Origin: Candidatus Methylomirabilia bacterium
GTDB taxonomy: Bacteria > Methylomirabilota > Methylomirabilia > Rokubacteriales > CSP1-6
Length of the DNA stretch: 19,222 bases
Assembly (NCBI GenBank): GCA_041496385.1
Contig: JBGQEL010000084.1
Location: forward strand, 1-19,222
Direction of reading: 5' to 3'
The notes under the pieces are model-generated. The model was not told the origin of the DNA and ran no database searches. It saw only the letters and a program-made list of their open reading frames with translations. Made by a program: the position numbers and the translations under genes. Every line of letters starts with the position of its first letter. Position 1 is the first letter of the stretch. Below, in pieces: positions 16,858-19,222 of the stretch.

Positions 16858-17196
16858 ATGGGCCGGATCCTCGCGCTCGCCATCGTCCTGACCCTCGCGG
16901 CCACCGTCGCGCACGGGCAAGACCGGCCTCCGACGCCCGCCGCCACACCCGGCGCCGACCCCCTCATCGGACAGCAGATCTTCACGAATCTCTGCGGCTT
17001 CTGTCACCAGGACGGCGGCCGCGTCGCCGGTCGAGGACCCAGGCTCGCCGGCACGGATCGGCCGGACGAGTATATCTTGAATCGCATCCGGGTGGGCAAG
17101 GAGGGCGCGATGCCGGCCTACGGGCGGGCGTTTTCCGATGTCCAGCTGCGCTCGCTCATCGCCTACATCCGCGGCCTGAAGGACGAAGGCCGGTGA
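16858..17196 (+). CDS. Monoheme class I cytochrome c, probable electron acceptor of the PQQ dehydrogenase (XoxG-like role)
   Basis: Signal peptide MGRILALAIVLTLAATVAHG; GQQIFTNLCGFCHQDGG, GPRL, AMPAYG (axial Met), LIAYIRGL. An alternative ATG exists at 16849. Confidence 0.88.
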   Translation: MGRILALAIVLTLAATVAHGQDRPPTPAATPGADPLIGQQIFTNLCGFCHQDGGRVAGRGPRLAGTDRPDEYILNRIRVGKEGAMPAYGRAFSDVQLRSLIAYIRGLKDEGR

Positions 17197-17978
17197 GCCG
17201 CCGATCGTGGGCGGGGGCGCTCGGCGGCGTGCTGGCGGTGGGTCTGGCCGGCTCGGTCGCCGGCGCCCGCCCGCTCGCGGTCATTCGCGACCGAGGTGTC
17301 CTCTCGCTGTGCGCCCATGCCAACTCCCTGCCGTTCGCGAGCAAGACGCAGGACCCGCCCGGCTTCCAGATCGAGCTGGGCCGCGCGCTCGCCGGTGAGC
17401 TGGGCGTCAGGCTCCAGGTGGAGTGGGTCGTCAGCGGCATCCAGTTCCGCACCGCCGACTGCGATATCGTCCTCGACACCATCGCCGTGCCCGAGGCGCA
17501 GGCGGAGCGCCGGCTCGAGCTCTCGAAGCCGTATCAGCAGAGCGGCGTCGGCCTCGCCGTACGACCGGACACACCGGGCGTCGCAGGGTTCGAGGATCTG
17601 ATCGGTCGTCGGGTCGCCGTGCAATCCGGGTCGCTGGCGGGAATGCTGCTGGGACAGCGCGGCGTCCGGCTCTCAGCGTTCGGCTTCGAGGACGACATGG
17701 TGGAGGCCGTCCTCCGGGGCGAGGTCGACGCCGCCGCGGTGTCGCCGGCGACGGTGGGGTATTTCAACCTCCGCCACCCCGAGGCGCGCCTGCGCTTCGT
17801 CCACGCCTACGACGCCGAGCCCGAGCTGCGATGGAACCTGGCGGTCGGACTGCGGCGCGCGGACGCGCCGTTCCGCGAGGCCATCGACGGCGCCATCGAC
17901 CGGCTGATGGCCGATGGCACCGTCGGCAAGATCTACGCCCGCTACGGGATCGAGCACCGTCCACCGCTCGGACGCTGA
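17193..17978 (+). CDS. Family-3 substrate-binding protein, quinoprotein-dehydrogenase-associated (MoxJ/XoxJ-like)
   Basis: GTGA overlap with the cytochrome c gene; signal peptide; LSLCAHANSLPFAS...PGFQIELGRALA resembles the MoxJ-type LRVCADPNNLPFS. It also has CDIVL, LSKPY and GTVGKIYARYGI. Confidence 0.82.
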   Translation: MSRRSWAGALGGVLAVGLAGSVAGARPLAVIRDRGVLSLCAHANSLPFASKTQDPPGFQIELGRALAGELGVRLQVEWVVSGIQFRTADCDIVLDTIAVPEAQAERRLELSKPYQQSGVGLAVRPDTPGVAGFEDLIGRRVAVQSGSLAGMLLGQRGVRLSAFGFEDDMVEAVLRGEVDAAAVSPATVGYFNLRHPEARLRFVHAYDAEPELRWNLAVGLRRADAPFREAIDGAIDRLMADGTVGKIYARYGIEHRPPLGR

Positions 17979-18115
17979 GGCGCTGCGACGCATGGCAGGC
18001 ACTCGCGTCGAGTCGCTAGACGTCTGGGCGTGGCGGCTCGAGCTTCAGCGCTGTCGACCGCGCTATGACGATAGAAGGAGGGCTTGCCGGCACGGGTCTG
18101 GTATCAAAGAAGTAG

Positions 18116-19222
18116 ATGGCAACCGTGCTGGCCAGGACCCCGACCGCCGCCGCCGAGCCGAAGGCCGCCGTCTCAGCCGCCGAGATGGGCGCCCGCCAGC
18201 GGGAGATCTCGGTCTCCGAGTTCTTCACCAAGAACCGCCACCTGCTCGGCTTCGACAATCCGCGGAAGGCGCTCCTCACCTGCGTCAAGGAAGCCGTCGA
18301 CAACGCGCTCGACGCGGCCGAGGAGGCGGGCATCCTGCCGGACGTGGTCGTCACGCTCGAGGTCGCGCCGAACGGGGCGCCGGCACCGCCGGCGAGCCAG
18401 GCGACCCGCTTCCGCGTGACCGTGATCGACAACGGCCCCGGCATCGTCCGGCACCAGATTCCGCCCATCTTCGCCAAGCTCCTCTACGGCTCGAAGTTCC
18501 ACCGGCTGCGCATGAGCCGCGGCCAGCAGGGGATCGGCATCTCCGCGGCCGGCATGTACGCTCAGCTCACGACCGGCAAGCCGGTGCAGATCACCTCGCG
18601 GACCGGCGCCCGCGCGGCGGCCCACTACTTCGAAGTCCAGATCGATACCAAGAAGAACGAGCCGAGGATCTTCGAGAGCAAGAAGATCGACTGGGAGCAC
18701 CCGCGCGGCACGCAGGTGACGCTCGAGATCGAGGGGCGCTACCAGAAGGGCCGCGCGTCGGTCGACGAGTATCTCGAGCAGGTGGCCATCGCCAATCCGC
18801 ACGTGAATCTCGTCTACCGCACGCCGGAAGGGGACACCCGGGAGTTTCCGCGGACGATCCACGAGCTGCCGCCCCAGCCCCGCGAGATCAAGCCGCATCC
18901 CTACGGCATCGAGTTCGGCATTTTCCTGCGCATGCTCCACGACACGCGGAGCCACTCGCTCTCAGGGTTTCTCGCCGGCGACTTCAGCCGGGTCTCCTCC
19001 GCCGTCGCCCAGGAGATCTGCAAGACGGCGAAGCTCTCGCCGGACGCGCGGCCGCGCAACGTTCACGGCACCGACGCCGAGGCGCTCTACAAGGCGATCC
19101 AGGCGACGAAGATCATGGCGCCGCCGTCGAACTGCATCTCACCGATCGGCGAGAAGGCGATCCTCCATGGTCTCTACAAGCAGATCAAGGGCGAGTTCTA
19201 CACGGCGGTGACCCGGCCGCCG
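18116..19222 (+). CDS. top6B: DNA topoisomerase VI subunit B (3' truncated by window edge; absent from the ORF track)
   Basis: Manual translation from ATG 18116 gives QREISVSEFFTKNRHLLGFDNPRKALLTCVKEAVDNALDAAEEAGILP, VIDNGPGI, FAKLLYGSKFHRLRMSRGQQGIGISAAGMYAQLTTG and EIKPHPYG. These are the GHKL motifs and N-terminus characteristic of Top6B. Confidence 0.95.
   Translation, partial: MATVLARTPTAAAEPKAAVSAAEMGARQREISVSEFFTKNRHLLGFDNPRKALLTCVKEAVDNALDAAEEAGILPDVVVTLEVAPNGAPAPPASQATRFRVTVIDNGPGIVRHQIPPIFAKLLYGSKFHRLRMSRGQQGIGISAAGMYAQLTTGKPVQITSRTGARAAAHYFEVQIDTKKNEPRIFESKKIDWEHPRGTQVTLEIEGRYQKGRASVDEYLEQVAIANPHVNLVYRTPEGDTREFPRTIHELPPQPREIKPHPYGIEFGIFLRMLHDTRSHSLSGFLAGDFSRVSSAVAQEICKTAKLSPDARPRNVHGTDAEALYKAIQATKIMAPPSNCISPIGEKAILHGLYKQIKGEFYTAVTRPP

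Noticed and set aside
18016..18955. ORFs 18016-18477 (-), 18084-18419 (+) and 18173-18955 (-)
   Set aside because: These are shadow frames of top6B, which starts at 18116.

Overview
High-GC bacterial chromosomal window with about 17 protein-coding genes and no RNA genes, CRISPR arrays or mobile elements that I can support. A Rokubacteria/Methylomirabilota-like origin is only an impression from GC content and gene mix. Left to right: the 3' end of a PutA-type P5C dehydrogenase; a secreted heme-c/beta-propeller protein; an orphan family-5 ABC substrate-binding protein; a BCP/PrxQ peroxiredoxin; an overlapping esterase, proline-racemase-family, P450 and DUF1028 operon; a Uma2 nuclease; a class C serine hydrolase; a secreted caspase-rhodanese fusion; a cupin; a cytochrome c fused to a P460-fold domain; a PQQ dehydrogenase, cytochrome c and MoxJ-like cassette; and the 5' part of topoisomerase VI subunit B (absent from the ORF track). 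Four observations stand out. (1) The ORF track splits the peroxiredoxin because its peroxidatic Cys codon is TGA, followed by a SECIS-like hairpin, so it is probably a selenoprotein. (2) The PQQ dehydrogenase is a lipoprotein with the lanthanide-type D-x-D motif, but Thr-His replaces the Cys-Cys disulfide. (3) An identical 12-mer lies exactly 17 nt before the start codons of both the cupin and the PQQ dehydrogenase. (4) The caspase-rhodanese and cytochrome c-P460 proteins are unusual fusions.
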